The notes: a model not told the origin generated them from the sequence alone. A DNA stretch of 64,000 nucleotides from Eledone cirrhosa (GCA_964016885.1 OZ024742.1:136648001-136712000); one strand, 5' to 3'. Counted from the first letter of the stretch, positions 40,893 through 55,290 are shown. Program-made: numbers and translations.

Positions 40893-41328
40893 TGTTCTTT
40901 GTGAAGTAGTCTAATAACTCTAACCCTTGACCTTTTTCACCTATTGGTTGTTGAGAATGTAGAACATATTACAAGATTATGATAGAAGACAATTGCTCCC
41001 ATCATAATCACTGTCCCCATTTTGTTCTTCCTGAAATTATGATTTCAGTAAGATGTCATGTAATAGAATTTATCTAATTTGAATCCCCATGAGGTTTTAT
41101 TTTTTCTTAGATATGTTTCCTGGGCAGTTATTATTATCTAAACGCTTACGGCAGCTACAGTCATTTTTCTTTTTTTTTTCTTTTATTCAAGATAAAATTA
41201 TTTCAAATTAGACACATTCTTACAAATTGTAGTCAGACAACTACTTCTATGTGCTATATTTTCAAATTATTTTCTGTGATTAGCATATTTTTATGGTCAA
41301 CTTTACATAGTGTGTAGTTCTGTCTAAT

Positions 41329-41372
<44 letters not shown>

Positions 41373-41485
41373 TCATCAGCACAAATCAGAACTCATTGTA
41401 CTTTAGTGTACACAAATACAAAATGTTATATATTAACATGTTTGCAATGCCATTACTCAGAGAAATTTCAAAGGTAATGGTATAA

Positions 41486-41704
41486 TAGCATTTAAACCGG
41501 CCATATCCGGCTAGAAATCTCTCATCTCTTTCTGTTCAAACTGGCCATAACCGGCCACTCATAAAGAAATTAAGGTATTTTTCTCGAAATAAATAATATC
41601 AAAATCTCATAGATTTGATATTATGTGAGATAATTATATATGGTAAAGCCTTACCGTAAAAATACAATAGTAAATATAGAGTAATGTAAATGCTAAAGGG
41701 TTAA
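41486..41704. mobile_element. Possible piggyBac-type MITE
   Basis: TAGCATTTA ... TAAATGCTAAAGGG-TTAA; left terminus clipped. Confidence 0.4.
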
Positions 41705-41858
41705 ATTGGAAAGTATTAAGAGATCTACTACAGTAAACTTAAGTACTCTGTACTTCTTTCAAAATTCTCCCTATTAATCTACTTCTATTAATCACAACTC
41801 TACTCTGCATCTACTGCACACTACCAAATGATGAAAATAACATAGTATCAAAATAGTA

Positions 41859-41947
<89 letters not shown>

Positions 41948-42075
41948 GTTAAAAACGAATAAATCAATGAATAAAGTTTCACAATAGATTAGAAGCACTC
42001 CACAAGATGGTTTTCCGGAGTTATTAATATTAATTCAAAATATTAACAAATATAGACATTCATGTGATCAAGTAT

Positions 42076-42140
42076 ATTTTATTATACATATTTCAGAGGT
42101 ACTGAGAAATCTTCAGCAGTATGTCCTCATCAGATAAAAT
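42076..42140 (-). ncRNA. Minimal type I hammerhead (family H5)
   Basis: ATTTTAT-CTGATGA-GGAcaTACTG..CAGTAccTCT-GAAA-TATGTA-TA|ATAAAAT; 7-bp stem I, AUA triplet. The inverted partner at 42211-42275 (+) has C3U. Confidence 0.75.
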
Positions 42141-42317
42141 AAGATGATGCTTGACATACCTTGACTAAGTCATGGTTAAAATTCAGTCATGGTATGTCAA
42201 GCATCATCTTATTTTATTTGATGAGGACGTACTGTTGAATATAGCTCAGTACCTCGGAAATATGTATAATAAAATATACTTGATCACACGAATGTCTATA
42301 TTTGTTAATATTTTTAA

Positions 42318-42363
<46 letters not shown>

Positions 42364-42400
42364 ACGTTAAACGATGATGATGATCATGATGATGATGATA

Positions 42401-42678
42401 TATACTCAAGTAAAAGTTAAGTGGAAATATCCAAGAGTAAGAGCACTCAGTCCATAGGATGAGTTTAGTATAAATAATTACAACAGCGACATAGACAGGC
42501 ACCCAAGTTTCGTCGGGTTCTGGAACACAATTTCTTCACCTTGTCATCAGAAAAATGAAAGAACAACGAAACTTGAGTATCTGTCTATGTCAGTGTTGTT
42601 ATTATTTATACTAAACTCATCCTATGGACTGAGTGCTCTTACTCTTGGATATTTCCCCTTAACTTTTACTTCAGTATA
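42401..42678. repeat. Inverted repeat with ~110-bp arms containing a hammerhead-like 3' half (GAAAC-TTGAG-TA)
   Basis: ATATCCAAGAGTAAGAGCACTCAGTCCATAGGATGAGTTTAGTATAAATAAT and its reverse complement. Confidence 0.8.
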
Positions 42679-42889
42679 TATATATATAGATGGACACTAT
42701 TTTGATATGTTTTCATCATTTGGTAGTGTGTATCATATATGTGTAGTAGATGCAGAGTAGAGTTGTGATTAATAGGGAGAATTTTGAAAGAAGTACAAAC
42801 TACTTAAGTTTACTGTAGTAGATCCCTTGATAGTTTCCAATTTAAACTTCTATAATGTCATATATATATATATATATATATCAAATAAT

Positions 42890-43075
42890 TGTCTCTACTT
42901 TAGGCACAACACCAGCAATTACCCAGTGCATTACTGGTACTTTATTTTATCGACCCCGTAAGGATGAAAGGCAAAGTCAACCTCTGCGGGATTTGAACTC
43001 AGATCGTAAAGGGACGTAACTATGCTGAAAAGCATGGTGTCCGACCCTCTACTGATACTGCCAATCCACCGCCCT
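42890..43075 (-). mobile_element. tRNA-SINE S2
   Basis: Minus strand GGCGGTGGATTGGCAG...GAGTTCAAATCCC...TTGCCTTTCATCCTTACGGGGTCGATAAAATAAAGTACCAG. Confidence 0.8.
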
Positions 43076-45027
43076 TATATATATATATCAAATAATGGTA
43101 GTTAGGACGGGATTAAATCATAATTGTTTATTGCATTATATACATTTTATATATTTATATATATAAAGCCAATTACTTACATTCCTCTTCTGGTCATTTT
43201 TATCATTGTTATTTATCTACAAGCATCATACAGATTTTTCCCATTTACCTCTTTTGCTACTGAGATTCTGCTATAAGATATTAGCATGTAAATGATACAT
43301 GTTAATCTTGTGTTGTAATATGTCATATATTTTTAATGGCAACTATGTAAATTTACTGTTACAACAATATGTTCTTGTTTTTTTTTATAAATGTTTAACA
43401 AGTCATGGTGTTTTTGACAATTTTTAAAACTTGATATACTTCAGTATAATTATCACTTAATGAATATTTTATATTAAAAGGTATGACATTTATTTCAACT
43501 TATATACTGTATTGTATCGTATCTCAATGTAAATAACGTTATGAGGTTACATACAATAAATTTGGTAAAATTTTAAATTGCATTATTTTGAACCAAATAA
43601 GTTTTATACAATTTTCCAAGGTATCTGACAACTTCAAGTTTTATGTGGTTATTCAATAAATGCACATGTGTGTATTTTTTTTTTTTACTATGTTTTTATA
43701 TGTAAAAAAATATATTCACAAATGACAAACTGTAATATTGAAATTATTGCCAGTACTAAAATTTGTACTTTCAAAGCAAAAGTAACAATAATTTAATTGA
43801 TGATGCAACCACAAAAGAAAAAAAAAATACCCACTGGAATTTTATTTTATTTTGTTCATTTCATCTACTTTATTTTGTTTTTATTTATCTATTTATTTAT
43901 TTATTTATTTATTGTTTTTGTTTTGTTTCCATTTTATAAGTTTTGTGAAGAGCAGTTCGGAAAACAAATGCTTGGGGTTATGCAATCATATATGGTAGAA
44001 CCCCTGCCAAAAAAAAAGTCTAAGAATGAAGATAACACTTTAAATATTATTATATAATCAAACAAATCCCATATCACATTCCATTTCATACACATCTGCT
44101 ATTTAATCTGTGTATAAATATAACACATTGGAAGTTGTCACAAGTGTTTGTTGAAATATATTTGTTTCTTATCAAGCCTCATACGGAAAAAATGTGTGTG
44201 TGTGTGTGCGTGTGTATATATATAATTAATAATAATAATAAGTATATAAAAGAATATGCTCAAGAATGACATAAAAAATTTCTGCCATAAATTTGCCAGC
44301 CTTAGGTCTATCCCACTTTTGAGTGTCATGTCTCATTTTGATCTTTATTCATGAACGTTTATTTTTCATTGTGATATACATATATATTTTAGTTTTATTA
44401 ATTCTTCAACAGTCATCTATAAATTACTTGTAGGAAAAAAGTTTAAATTTTCTTTTTACATATTATTCTGCAGTTTTTTTCTTCATTCCTTATTCAATAA
44501 TTTATTTTTATCATTATTTTCATATTTCAATCATCACTTGCAAATGACATTCCAGAATGATGACTAGGTGTTAACATTGTGTATATTTATTTCATACATA
44601 TTTTATGTTGATTTCATTTTGTTCTGATTTTACTAGAAAAAATACTTCTATTTATTTATCTTTATAGATTGTTATTATTATTATTATTATTATTATTAAG
44701 ATTTAGTTGGATAATTTTGTTTCACTTCGTATTTTATTTTCCTTTCAATTCATGGAGACATCTAAAAGAATTAGAAGTAAAAAAAATACCTCTAGGTTTT
44801 TATCATTTTGAATGAAAAAAGTAACAACAAAATCATTTTAAAAATAACGTTCCAGCCCTGTTCCTTGTAACATGAAATCACACATACACGTGTGTGTATG
44901 TATATATAAATATATATTTCATCCTTACTAGGTTGATAAAACAAAGTACCACTACGGGAGTCAATTTAATTTACTTTCCCATCCCCCCAAATTGCTGGAA
45001 TTGTACCTAAATCAGAAACCATTAATA

Positions 45028-45242
45028 GAGCAATGGATTGGCAGTGTAGGTAGAGCGTCTGACAATGTTTTGTGGCATAGAGTTATATCCCTCTATGTTC
45101 TGAGTTCAAATCTCGCTGAGGTTAGCCTTGCCTTTCATCCTTATAGGATTGATGAAATAAAGAACCAGTAACACACTGGGCTCAATTTAATTGACTCCCC
45201 TGCTAAAAAAGAAACAAACGATTGTTGGCCTTGTGCCTAAAA
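45028..45242 (+). mobile_element. tRNA-SINE S2 (another S2 tail fragment lies at ~44918-45020)
   Basis: TGGATTGGCAG..GGTAGAGCG, GAGTTCAAATC, GCCTTTCATCC..GATGAAATAAAGAACCAG. Confidence 0.75.
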
Positions 45243-45718
45243 GGGAGCCCCTTATTAATATTCTTATTGCATTTTCCCCATTTGTTTTTACGTCATAATT
45301 TCAAGCTAGAGGACAGATAAATAAGAAATAGCATTAAAAAATACATCGATAACAACATGAGTATATATGTTTCTGGCTGTACTTCTTACCAGTTAGTAAA
45401 GGCAATGCATGGGAATATATTCAGAATTTTTAGTATGAACAGATAGCTACATCACATGTCCCTTTTTATATAATGTTTTTTTTATACTTTAATTTTAATG
45501 TTTTCGTTTTTTTTTTATTTCATTTCATTTTATTCTCAGGATAAGCTGTATGGGAAATAATCATAACTTACTGGCTTTAAACTCCATTACCTATCTCTTA
45601 AGCTAACTCCAAAACTAACTGCCTGGGCAAATGCCTTTTTTCTAACTTTATTATATACAGGCATATATACATAGATAAATGTATATGTGTGTATCTGCTT
45701 GCTTTTGTCTCTCTCTCT

Positions 45719-45749
<31 letters not shown>

Positions 45750-46098
45750 AAACACAAAAAGATGTCTTTTACATTTCAAATGAAAATGAAATAAAGGACA
45801 TGAAATATATTGTTGAAATTGGTACAAAATATATGAGAAGTAGAAAAATAGGTTTCCATGTATTTGAAACCTTATACTGCATGTCTCTTTAATTTTTTTT
45901 TGTGTTGTTTTCTTTACAACATTTACTTTTTAGTTCTTTGATATAAATTATTAACTGATAAATTACTTGGTTGATTGAAAATGGTGTTTTATTATGTTCT
46001 TTAACTCATTTCCCAGTAATAAACCATATTTATATTCATACCATATATATCTATTAAGTACACAATCGTCCTTCATGTGAATTTTCATTTGCATATTT

Positions 46099-46142
<44 letters not shown>

Positions 46143-46347
46143 TATATTATTATTAATATTATTATTGAGATAATGGGGATTGATGTCACAAATTGTTATT
46201 TGTACATATGTACATACATAGAACATTTACAAATATGTTGTATGTGTGCATATATGTATATATATGTTATCATTTGAATTATTAACTCCTTTCATTCATC
46301 TTCATTCTTTGATTTACTAACGATATCTTATTATTATAAATATATAG

Positions 46348-46670
46348 GTGCAGTCCAGACTAAAGTCACATACCTCCCAGATGGCGCTGTTGTCATCGTC
46401 TTTCCATCGAACCTTACTGTTGCCTTGGAAACCAGAGGTCATCCGATCCTCGAGAGTAAACACAGGATGCATTTCAAGCGGAAAATGATCATTCCAAATT
46501 TGTATGTGCACAGACTTGAGTGGCGTTTCTACCTGGACCGATCCGGCCGTCCAAAACAGAATCGCTTACTAGAACGGATTGGACGTCGATTGAGGGTAGG
46601 GCCATACTTCTCCCGGCATGCCAGCATGCATGGTTCGCATGACGACGGATACAAAGGAAAAGCATTGCTG
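46348..46670 (+). CDS. Internal coding exon of an unidentified host gene (phase 1 to phase 0, 107 full codons)
   Basis: Branch point TACTAAC at 46315-46321, AG at 46346-47, donor CTG|GTATGT at 46671; GC/CpG-richer than the flanks; single open frame AVQTKVTYLPDGAVVIVFPSNLTVALETRGHPILESKHRMHFKRKMIIPNLYVHRLEWRFYLDRSGRPKQNRLLERIGRRLRVGPYFSRHASMHGSHDDGYKGKALL. Confidence 0.75.
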
Positions 46671-47166
46671 GTATGTGAGACTTTGACTTTTTCTTATTGC
46701 TTTCTTTTACCTTACAATGTTACCTTGAAACCCCACCCCCCAGAAAAATGCTGTTATCAACTTCTTTTTCCATTTTATTGTTTGGGGAACATTGATGTAG
46801 TGTGGTTGATTTGGTACAAAAATGCATATACAGCAGGGAAAGTAACATCTTTATCATTGTAAATAAATGTTTAAAACGATAGTTAAGAATAAATATTTTA
46901 ATAGATTTGGACATCTACCTCTTTAAAAAATTATTTAATCCAATATCATGTGATTGCTAAACCCAATGCAATTTTATTGCGGTAATTAGTTATGTTAGCC
47001 ATTTATAATACACAGATGCTATTATAAATGATTTTGTTTTAATTTTAATAATAACAAATTCACCCATTGTATTAGAACTTGGAAATTGTTAATGGATTAT
47101 CAGAGTCCAGGTTGTAGATTTCCAACAAAAAATGTTAATATATACATATAATCATCATCATTGTCA

Positions 47167-47227
<61 letters not shown>

Positions 47228-48875
47228 CGTCCACTACGAAAAAAACTATGGTCCACTACGGAAAAAACTATGCAACCTACTATATATATATAGATGATGA
47301 TGATGGTATATATATATAAATTCAGTACTGAGTTAGTAAATATCAATGATGAACAGCTTAAATCCAGATACAATGCTACTGAATATAAATGTGACTCAAT
47401 ACATTCATAACAAAACTCTCACATATTTATCATACATAAACATATTGCACATGTTTTTATACACCCCTATTATGAACCACATTATGTTAGTTCTACTGCT
47501 AATTAATCCTAGCCATTCAAGGTTGCAATATATACAAATGCGTATCTCCAGCCAAGCTGATGTTTTATTTGAGCTATATGTAAATAAGCATATCCAGCGA
47601 ATGTTTCATATAAAAAGCCCCATATATCTTAAGTTTATTCTCATCTCAGTACTAGGTGAGTTAATATCACCGATGAAGGATAAACATCAAGAAACAGCTG
47701 TCTGGTATTCTCACATGCTACTAAGAAAGCTATGATATAATTGTTTCTACGTTAGGCACAAGGCCAGCAATTTCCCAGTGTATGATATAATGGGAGCTTA
47801 AAACATTCATAGCAAGCCTCGCATTTTTAAAGTATGTTAACATATTGCATATGTTTTCATATGTGTCTTTGTTATAGGTATGATTGAGTTGAGCTGATTG
47901 TAACTGATAAAACCTCTGTTACATTTGTTTTGACTAAAACGTATTAAACTGAAACTTTTGAGAACCCTCCACTATAACCACAAGTAATTGTGTATTTTAA
48001 ATAGCTTATTGTGACTCTGACAATACAATTTTATTTGAAATTACATTTTATTAAAAAGCCACAGCTATATGTATCTTAAGTATTAGTTATGTTTGGTTTC
48101 TTCTGTAGAAGAACTAGCTTTGTATCTCATAGAAAAAAGAAAATTGATGATTGTGGTGGATATATAACATATATTTGATGAAATCCATAATTCTTTCTTC
48201 AAAATATTAGTTTTATAATAATTATTTACCTGACTGTGTATGTATTTTTGGTTAAAATAACCATGCCCACTTGTGCATCATCATTGTAACTTTATATCCT
48301 CATTTTCTTTTTGGCTGCACTGACCAAACACTTTCTTAACATTTCAAACAAATTAATTCCCACACTCCAAACAACATATAACTTGATACTACCCTAAATT
48401 AGGTCTCTTTTCAAGACCCAATTCTTTCTTCCACCATAGCAATATTTTCCTACTTTAAACAGCCTCTCTGTCTACTATCTCATTTAGAATTTCTTTAATA
48501 CATGCCTTGTTCTTATGAAGAGATATTATCAATGTTAACCTTATTTGTAATCTGACTCAGACATAAAAATTAGCCTACCCTCATCGCCATCAAAGCACCA
48601 CCAAACATTAATATTTTAATTGCCTTTAACATTGACAACAAGCATTTTAAAGTCATTTTAGGCACCTCTTAAAAACTTTACATACTGTAAGAAATTTCCC
48701 TTTCCTGTTCACATCCTTCAATATTTTTCTTTTAAAATATAATCTATAATTCCACTACTGATTACTTCCATACTATCTCATACCACATTGATCTGCTCTT
48801 CTATTTGAACCAGATCTAAGTGGTATTCACCATGTAGATCATTTCACAGTCATTTTCTGTAATAACAATAATTAA

Positions 48876-49125
48876 AGTGACACTCTGTCAGTTATGACAA
48901 TTAGTGTTCCAGTTGAAATGATTAATAGAACAGCCTGTTCATGAAATGAACATGCAAATGGCTGAGAATTCAACAGGCACATGTACCCTTAATGTACAAG
49001 GAGATTCAGTATGACAGAATCAGACAAAGCTACCCTTCAAATCAAAAGTACAACTCAATTCTGACAGCTGAGTGAAACAATGCACTGCTGAGAATCAAAC
49101 TCATGAACTTATGATTGTGAGCCAA
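48876..49125 (-). mobile_element. Decayed tRNA-SINE (third family)
   Basis: Minus-strand B-box-like GAGTTTGATTCTC and CACTCAGCTG motif shared with S1, followed by a distinct body. Confidence 0.5.
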
Positions 49126-52100
49126 TTATAATTATAATAAACTACAAATATTATAGCTTATTGGTTACTGGTTCCTATTGTGATCAACTAGAAACAACTC
49201 ACTATAACCAACCACTAGTTTTCCCCAAAGTGACAAAGCTTTAGAATGTTCTAATATTTAACATCTTCACTGGGACATTCTAAAAACTATTTTACAGATT
49301 GATGTTCTCTTTAGGAAATCTATAAATGGTAATATAATAGCATCTCTGACACATGTCTATCATACCAAGTTTAAGAACTTGTTCTCATTTTGAGCCATCA
49401 AATGGCTGTTTCTTTGCACTGCCATAAAATGAATAGGTGTCCAGTCATATGGGCATCTGAATGGGCTTTGGCAATGAGAGTTACTATTAAAGTCCTGTTT
49501 TTTAAATAAGATCCATTTTTAAATTATTAGACATGTCTCTGGAGGAGATGAAACAATTTTTAGTATATCTACAGAATGTTCATAATTATATTTGAAAATT
49601 ATTATTTTTCATCGAGAGACCAAATTATTATGAATTGGTCATTATACAGGTTATCAGCCTAACTTAGAGTTTAATTTATAAGGATTGTCTGAGGATTTCT
49701 CTGTAATAAAATACAAAAAGAACAGCAACAGATAGTTCCTAATTATTGATAGTTACTTACAGTTTAACAAGTTCACCTGTAGATTAGTCCTCTAGTGTCT
49801 TATATTAAACAGTATGAATGCTTAAGCATGGTAGTTATTAACAAAGCTAATGATTAACTAATAGTTTAATAAATTTATCAAAAAGAAATAACATGTAACA
49901 CCATGAAATATTTTGAAAGCAAAAGTAGCATGTTTTATTGTAAACGGAAGATAAAATTTAATTTTTCAGTTACAAAAGCAATTGTTTTAAGGTCATATTC
50001 CCTGGTAAAACAGAGGATAGTCTTGTGTACCTCTTGAGAGGCTTCATATTCATTGTGGGTTTCTTTGTGAAGCAATGTTTATGGCCAAGTGCTCTTTCTG
50101 ATGTCAACTCTTTTTGTTGCCTTTTTTGACATACAGGGATACAGTATAATCATTATAAAAATCAGAGTACACACACATATGATTCCCCATCCAAGTTTAA
50201 TTGCACATTGTCCTAGTAGAAAGGTGGCTACAGATAATGTATTGGATTATGATTTATGTAATGATGAGTACATTTCTGCAAGAATTGGACACAGAACTGA
50301 CTGTACAGCTAAAAGGTTTGATTTACAGCCAATTATGTCTTGTGTGGATACCAATGGATAGCACATTATTCTTTGATCATAACCTCATATTGACCAATGC
50401 TTTGTGAGTGGAATTTTGTAGATGTGATCTCTGCAGAAGCCTCTCATATGTACATATTTGAAAGTATCTATATATATTTCCCTGATGTTTATCAGTGTAG
50501 TATGCAACATGAGCAAAAGCTCATTACTCTTTGAATGAAGTCCTTTGTAAGAACAAATTCCTTTGAACTCATTTACAGAAACTCTATTGTCTCTGTCAAC
50601 ATCAGAAATATAATGAACCAGTGATTGATGTGGTGGAAACTTTTCTCTAATGATGCTAATTTTCTTTACCAATTGCAATATAAAAGCAAATACAATTCAA
50701 ATGCTTCTTTGTTTATTTGAGAATAACACTTAATTCTACTCCTCACATTCTATGTGACTATCATAGATCTGAAAATATTTACTCTGTTAGAGCAAACCTT
50801 GCAGTTGTCTTATCCAAAGGAACAAGCTGTATGTCATCCATTACATTTGTAGTTCATATGCTTAGTTATGTTATGACCATATTTCTAACAGGAATATATT
50901 TCTATAGGTTTTAATTATCAAGATAATCAAGAATTATGAGAACTTAGTCAATAAATAACTTTCAACTGAATAATAAAAGACAAATATTTAACTACTGAAA
51001 TCTAATATTATCTTTCATGTAATAACGAGATTTCAGTTCAAGATTTGAATTTAAATTTAAACTGATGAATAGAGAGAGATTTGGGTGAGGCTGGTGTTTA
51101 AAATGCTAAAAATACTTTTTAAGTGACTCAATTATTTGGATACATTAATTTCAGGATTATAAAATAAGTAGAGATAAGCTTCTGTTTGGAGAATTTAATT
51201 TTATTATATTTGGGGGATAGAAATATTCAATATACATTGTTACAAACACACACTGGAGGAATCTGCAAATCTCTATATGACCCTCTCTTCTATAATGCAT
51301 CATTCTAATTATTACTATATCTGTGTTTGAGTCAGTGAATCTCCTCTGTGCCTACCTGCCAAGATATTGAAGCCTTAAAGATATCCTAATATATGCTGCA
51401 ATGTTTCATCCAATCCTTATATATATCCTTGCCTTGTCCAAGCTAATTTTCTTGCTTTGTTTTATTTTGAATATTGATATATATTTTCCCATGTATCTAT
51501 TGTATTATTCCTTTTCAACTGATATGCACCTTGCTCGTATGCCCTTTTAAACTATAACCTCTTTCCCCACCAGCATATTGTTTCATCTAAGGACCCCATA
51601 TCATTTTGAGAAATAATAAAAACTGAAGGCATATTTCTCATGTTGAAAATGTATATATTTGCTGCAGGTTATTTCCGCTTTGCTCTCCTCTCAGATGTTT
51701 TATACATACGCCCCCCCCCCCCCCCCACACATTCATTCACAGACATATTCCTGTATATTTTGCTATCTATCAAACTGTTTAAAAGTGTCTTTGCACATAT
51801 AAACTCACATATCTGATGAGATAACAAGGAAGAATTTGGACTTGGTCATAATACCCTGAGGTGATCGATATTGAAAACATTCTAATATGCCAATAAAGTT
51901 TATATATATATATATATATATGCTGCAACAGTGACTTTGATTTTACTTACTTTTATGTATATATATATATATAAATCACAACTATATTTGAAGTTGTTCA
52001 GTTTTGCATATAATTCCTTTCTAAAAGCATCTATATGTGCATTTATACAATTAGAAGCAGGTGAATCTCATGTCATTGCAGCTGCTCAGAGTAAATGTTT

Positions 52101-52443
52101 CTTTTCTTTCTGTGGTTCCATTTTACAGCTAGGTGGCTATTTAAAGGTTTGTGTTTGGTATAGATACTGTTACAGGATACAAATTTGTCACATTTTAGCT
52201 GAATACTTTCTTTACTAATATTGGAAAATTACTGAAAACTATAGAAAGCCCCAGTTTAAAATATGATACCATCTCTTATTAAATGGCTTTATAATAATGA
52301 AATTAATACTTATTAGAAACAAAAAGTTGAAAATGATTAATTTTGCAACAACAATTCTGTTCAAAGTATATAGGTGTAAGTAAATCAACTATCTTAAAAT
52401 ATATACAATATTTTACTAAAATATAGGTGAATCACACACACAT

Positions 52444-52500
<57 letters not shown>

Positions 52501-53739
52501 TACATATACATAATATAATATATATATATATAAATACACACATTTAAATATGTATATATATATATATATTCATACTTATCATCATGTGTGTATATATATA
52601 CATATATGTATGTATAATATATATATATATGTGTGTGTGTGTGTTTAAGATAATAAACTCTCTTAAAACATTGACATAACACTCTTTCCAAATTCTCTGC
52701 AATTTTGGTGAATTGCGATTGCTGCTATGGCTGCTATATGAATTGTTTCTTGCAAATGCTGGATACTATTATTGTTGTTGCTGCCACTGCTGCTGCTGTT
52801 ACTGTTGTTGTTATTGCTTATCTTGCATTGCAAACAAGAAAGAAAGAAGAGCGAGAAAAAGCCCATGCAATTTTGCTTTCCTTTTTTTGCCCCTTTTTTT
52901 TTCGTGTTTTTATATTATTGTTTACTTCTTTGCTTTTTATCAAAAAAAGTGATGAATATTTGAGATTGGTAGCGTTTGAAGATGGTGATGATTGTAATCA
53001 TAATGGTGGTGGTCGTTGTGATGATGATATTGATGGTGATTGTTGTGGTATTTTGTGTTAATAACCCCAAGTTGGATTTGGTGGAACACAACTTATGATC
53101 AAATATAGTCCAACTATGACCATCTTGACTTTTGTTTAACAAATATAGTAGTGTATCCTCCACACAGAATGTCATTTATGAAACATTAGGGTACTGTTTT
53201 AAAGAGTTTTGACTATTGTTTTTAACAGGCATGTTCATTGCATGTAGGCTCCCATATTAGCTTGTAATAGTAATAATTTAAAGAAATGTTTGTTGGCATT
53301 TCAGAACATCATCAGATATTGGGGTAGAAGCCCTAACAAATTTAGCACTACATTGTTTAGCAAGCCTAGTCAACCCATGTGCATATGAAAAATTGGATAT
53401 CATTTAAAAATAATGATGATAATTATGATGAAGAAACTAGTGGTAGAACAAAAGTGTTAGAGCATCATATTACATGCCTGTTGCATTTTAGTCCAGTTTA
53501 TCATAATGGAGCAGATCCTGTTATCAATGGCATTGCAGGTATGACAAACACATTTTTTTTTTTTCGTGTGTATCTAGCACTAATTTATTTTTTCTTTCAT
53601 TCTTCCAAATGGTAATGTAATATGAGTGAGGTTTAGCTGCTCTTTCTAATTTGGCAAGTGACCACATTGTTGTTCACTCATTGGTTTCTCTCCTTGCTAA
53701 ATAAACACAACATCTATCTTTGATTTTTCACAAATTTGC

Positions 53740-54460
53740 TAATAATCTATGATGTGAATACCAGATGCATGATGTGTTCCAGTATAAGAGGCAATGGGTG
53801 AGACTAAATTAGGTTATTGTTGACAATGATAACCAAGAAGAAAATGAAATAGAAATCATACTACAAGAGATTTCTGAATGAACTGTATATGTCTGTAATA
53901 GAGGGTCTATCCTAAGTGGCTACAAAAGAGGAACCAAGATTGACGTTGACTAACTATAATACAGTAGAAATGACCATTCTCCTGATAAAAGTTGGACTAT
54001 CTATTGAAAATATTATGTGAAATAGGATAAATGCTAGTTATTCACTCAAGAAGTGCAGTAAGGTGTCGTGACCAACAACTGGCACAGTGGAGCATCAGAA
54101 TTGCTACTGTGTGAAAGGAGATGCTTTACAAAGAAGTAACAACAGATGTATCAAACTGAAAGATCAAGCTATGAAAGTAGCAGATAAGGGTCATAGCAAA
54201 GGTAATCAGCAAAAAAACTACCATAAATGTGATGCAGTCTGTGTGTCACAACATGAAAGTACTGATGAACAAATCTTTATTGACTCAACTACAAAAGAAC
54301 ATCTAAGCAAAGAACAAATAATTATACCAAGTATTTGTTGATTTGTAGAAGGTGTTTCACAGAGTACTACATCCTGTATTCTGATGATTGGGAGGAAAGC
54401 TGAATGGTTTGTGTGAGCCATGTAAGCTATGTAAAGAGCTGACATCAGCAAAGTGAGAGT
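53740..54460 (+). mobile_element. Highly degraded RTE fragment
   Basis: CYCVKGDALQRSNNRCIKLKDQAMKV; AGCAAAGTGAGAGTTG; a minus-strand CQWELLYVNDLVII piece lies at 54560-54680. Confidence 0.6.
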
Positions 54461-55145
54461 TGACTATACCAATGCATAATTAAATAATAATCAAATGTGC
54501 AGATACCAGCTCTCATCAAGTTTCAGTTTTTCAGCTCATGATCTTCATCGTTATCATGTTGACCCACAGACACTTTTCCTCCAGATATGACTTCCAGGCT
54601 AATAGTTGCCTGTAGTGCATCCAGGCTTTTAGTGATGATAACAAGGTCATTTACATACAATAGTTCCCATTGACACTGAATATCGAGGATATGTAGAAAT
54701 GAAGTGTGCATACTCCACTAGATTTCTGTTAACATATAGGATGTATGCTGAGAGAAAAACTGGATATCAAGTTATTAGTGTAGTGTGTAAGACTACATAG
54801 GAATAGATGTTTAACACACATGAAAAGTAATAGTTGCAGATATAAGTAAACTAGAAAAGTAGACAAAAATGACATGAACAGAAATCGTGACGACTGACAT
54901 TATGTTGTATATGTGTGTATATATACATTCACTCTATTAGAAACGTCTTTCAGGCAGAAAAAAAACATACCAAAGTTGGAACGAATGAGCAAAGCATGGT
55001 ACCTGACATGTCTAGGAGGATATTAACTTTGAATAAGTACACACTTTGACTGTAATGATCTAACCTATAGCAGTGTGGGGAATGGTGATGATGATGTGTG
55101 TGTGTATACATAGATACAATCATACATACATACATACATACATAC

Positions 55146-55290
55146 AAATGGCTGCGATAGCTGGCACCTTCAAAATTTGAAAAACATTCTTGCGATTCAA
55201 GGGATGACAATTTCTTTTCTTTTACAACCTTGCCACCGGGAAGGTGGCCGGTCCAAAAAATATACTCACAATTAAGAGAAAGAGATAACA
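55146..55290 (+). mobile_element. Isolated 3' end of the R4-like element
   Basis: Near match to the reverse complement of 27034-27182; preceded by (TACA)n and followed by CATATATACAT. Confidence 0.85.

Larger units (their letters stand above)
41700..42848. repeat. Outer inverted repeat (arms ~41700-41866 and ~42688-42848) enclosing two further inverted repeats
   Basis: GATCTACTACAGTAAACTTAAGTA / TACTTAAGTTTACTGTAGTAGATC; ATCACAACTCTACTCTGCATCTACT / AGTAGATGCAGAGTAGAGTTGTGAT. Confidence 0.85.

Noticed and set aside
45500-45610. Strong polypyrimidine tract plus CAG acceptor at 45539
   Set aside because: No convincing open frame or donor downstream; cannot support an exon.
47229-47272. 22-bp tandem pair GTCCACTACG(A/G)AAAAAACTATG
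   Set aside because: Only two copies, between (TA)n tracts; too little to assign.
52705-53061. 118-aa ORF with hydrophobic and Cys/Asp runs
   Set aside because: Built from (TGT/TGC/GAT)n trinucleotide repeats; low complexity.
53295-53320. CTGATGA-TGTTCT-GAAA on the minus strand
   Set aside because: No stem II, stem III or stem I pairing.
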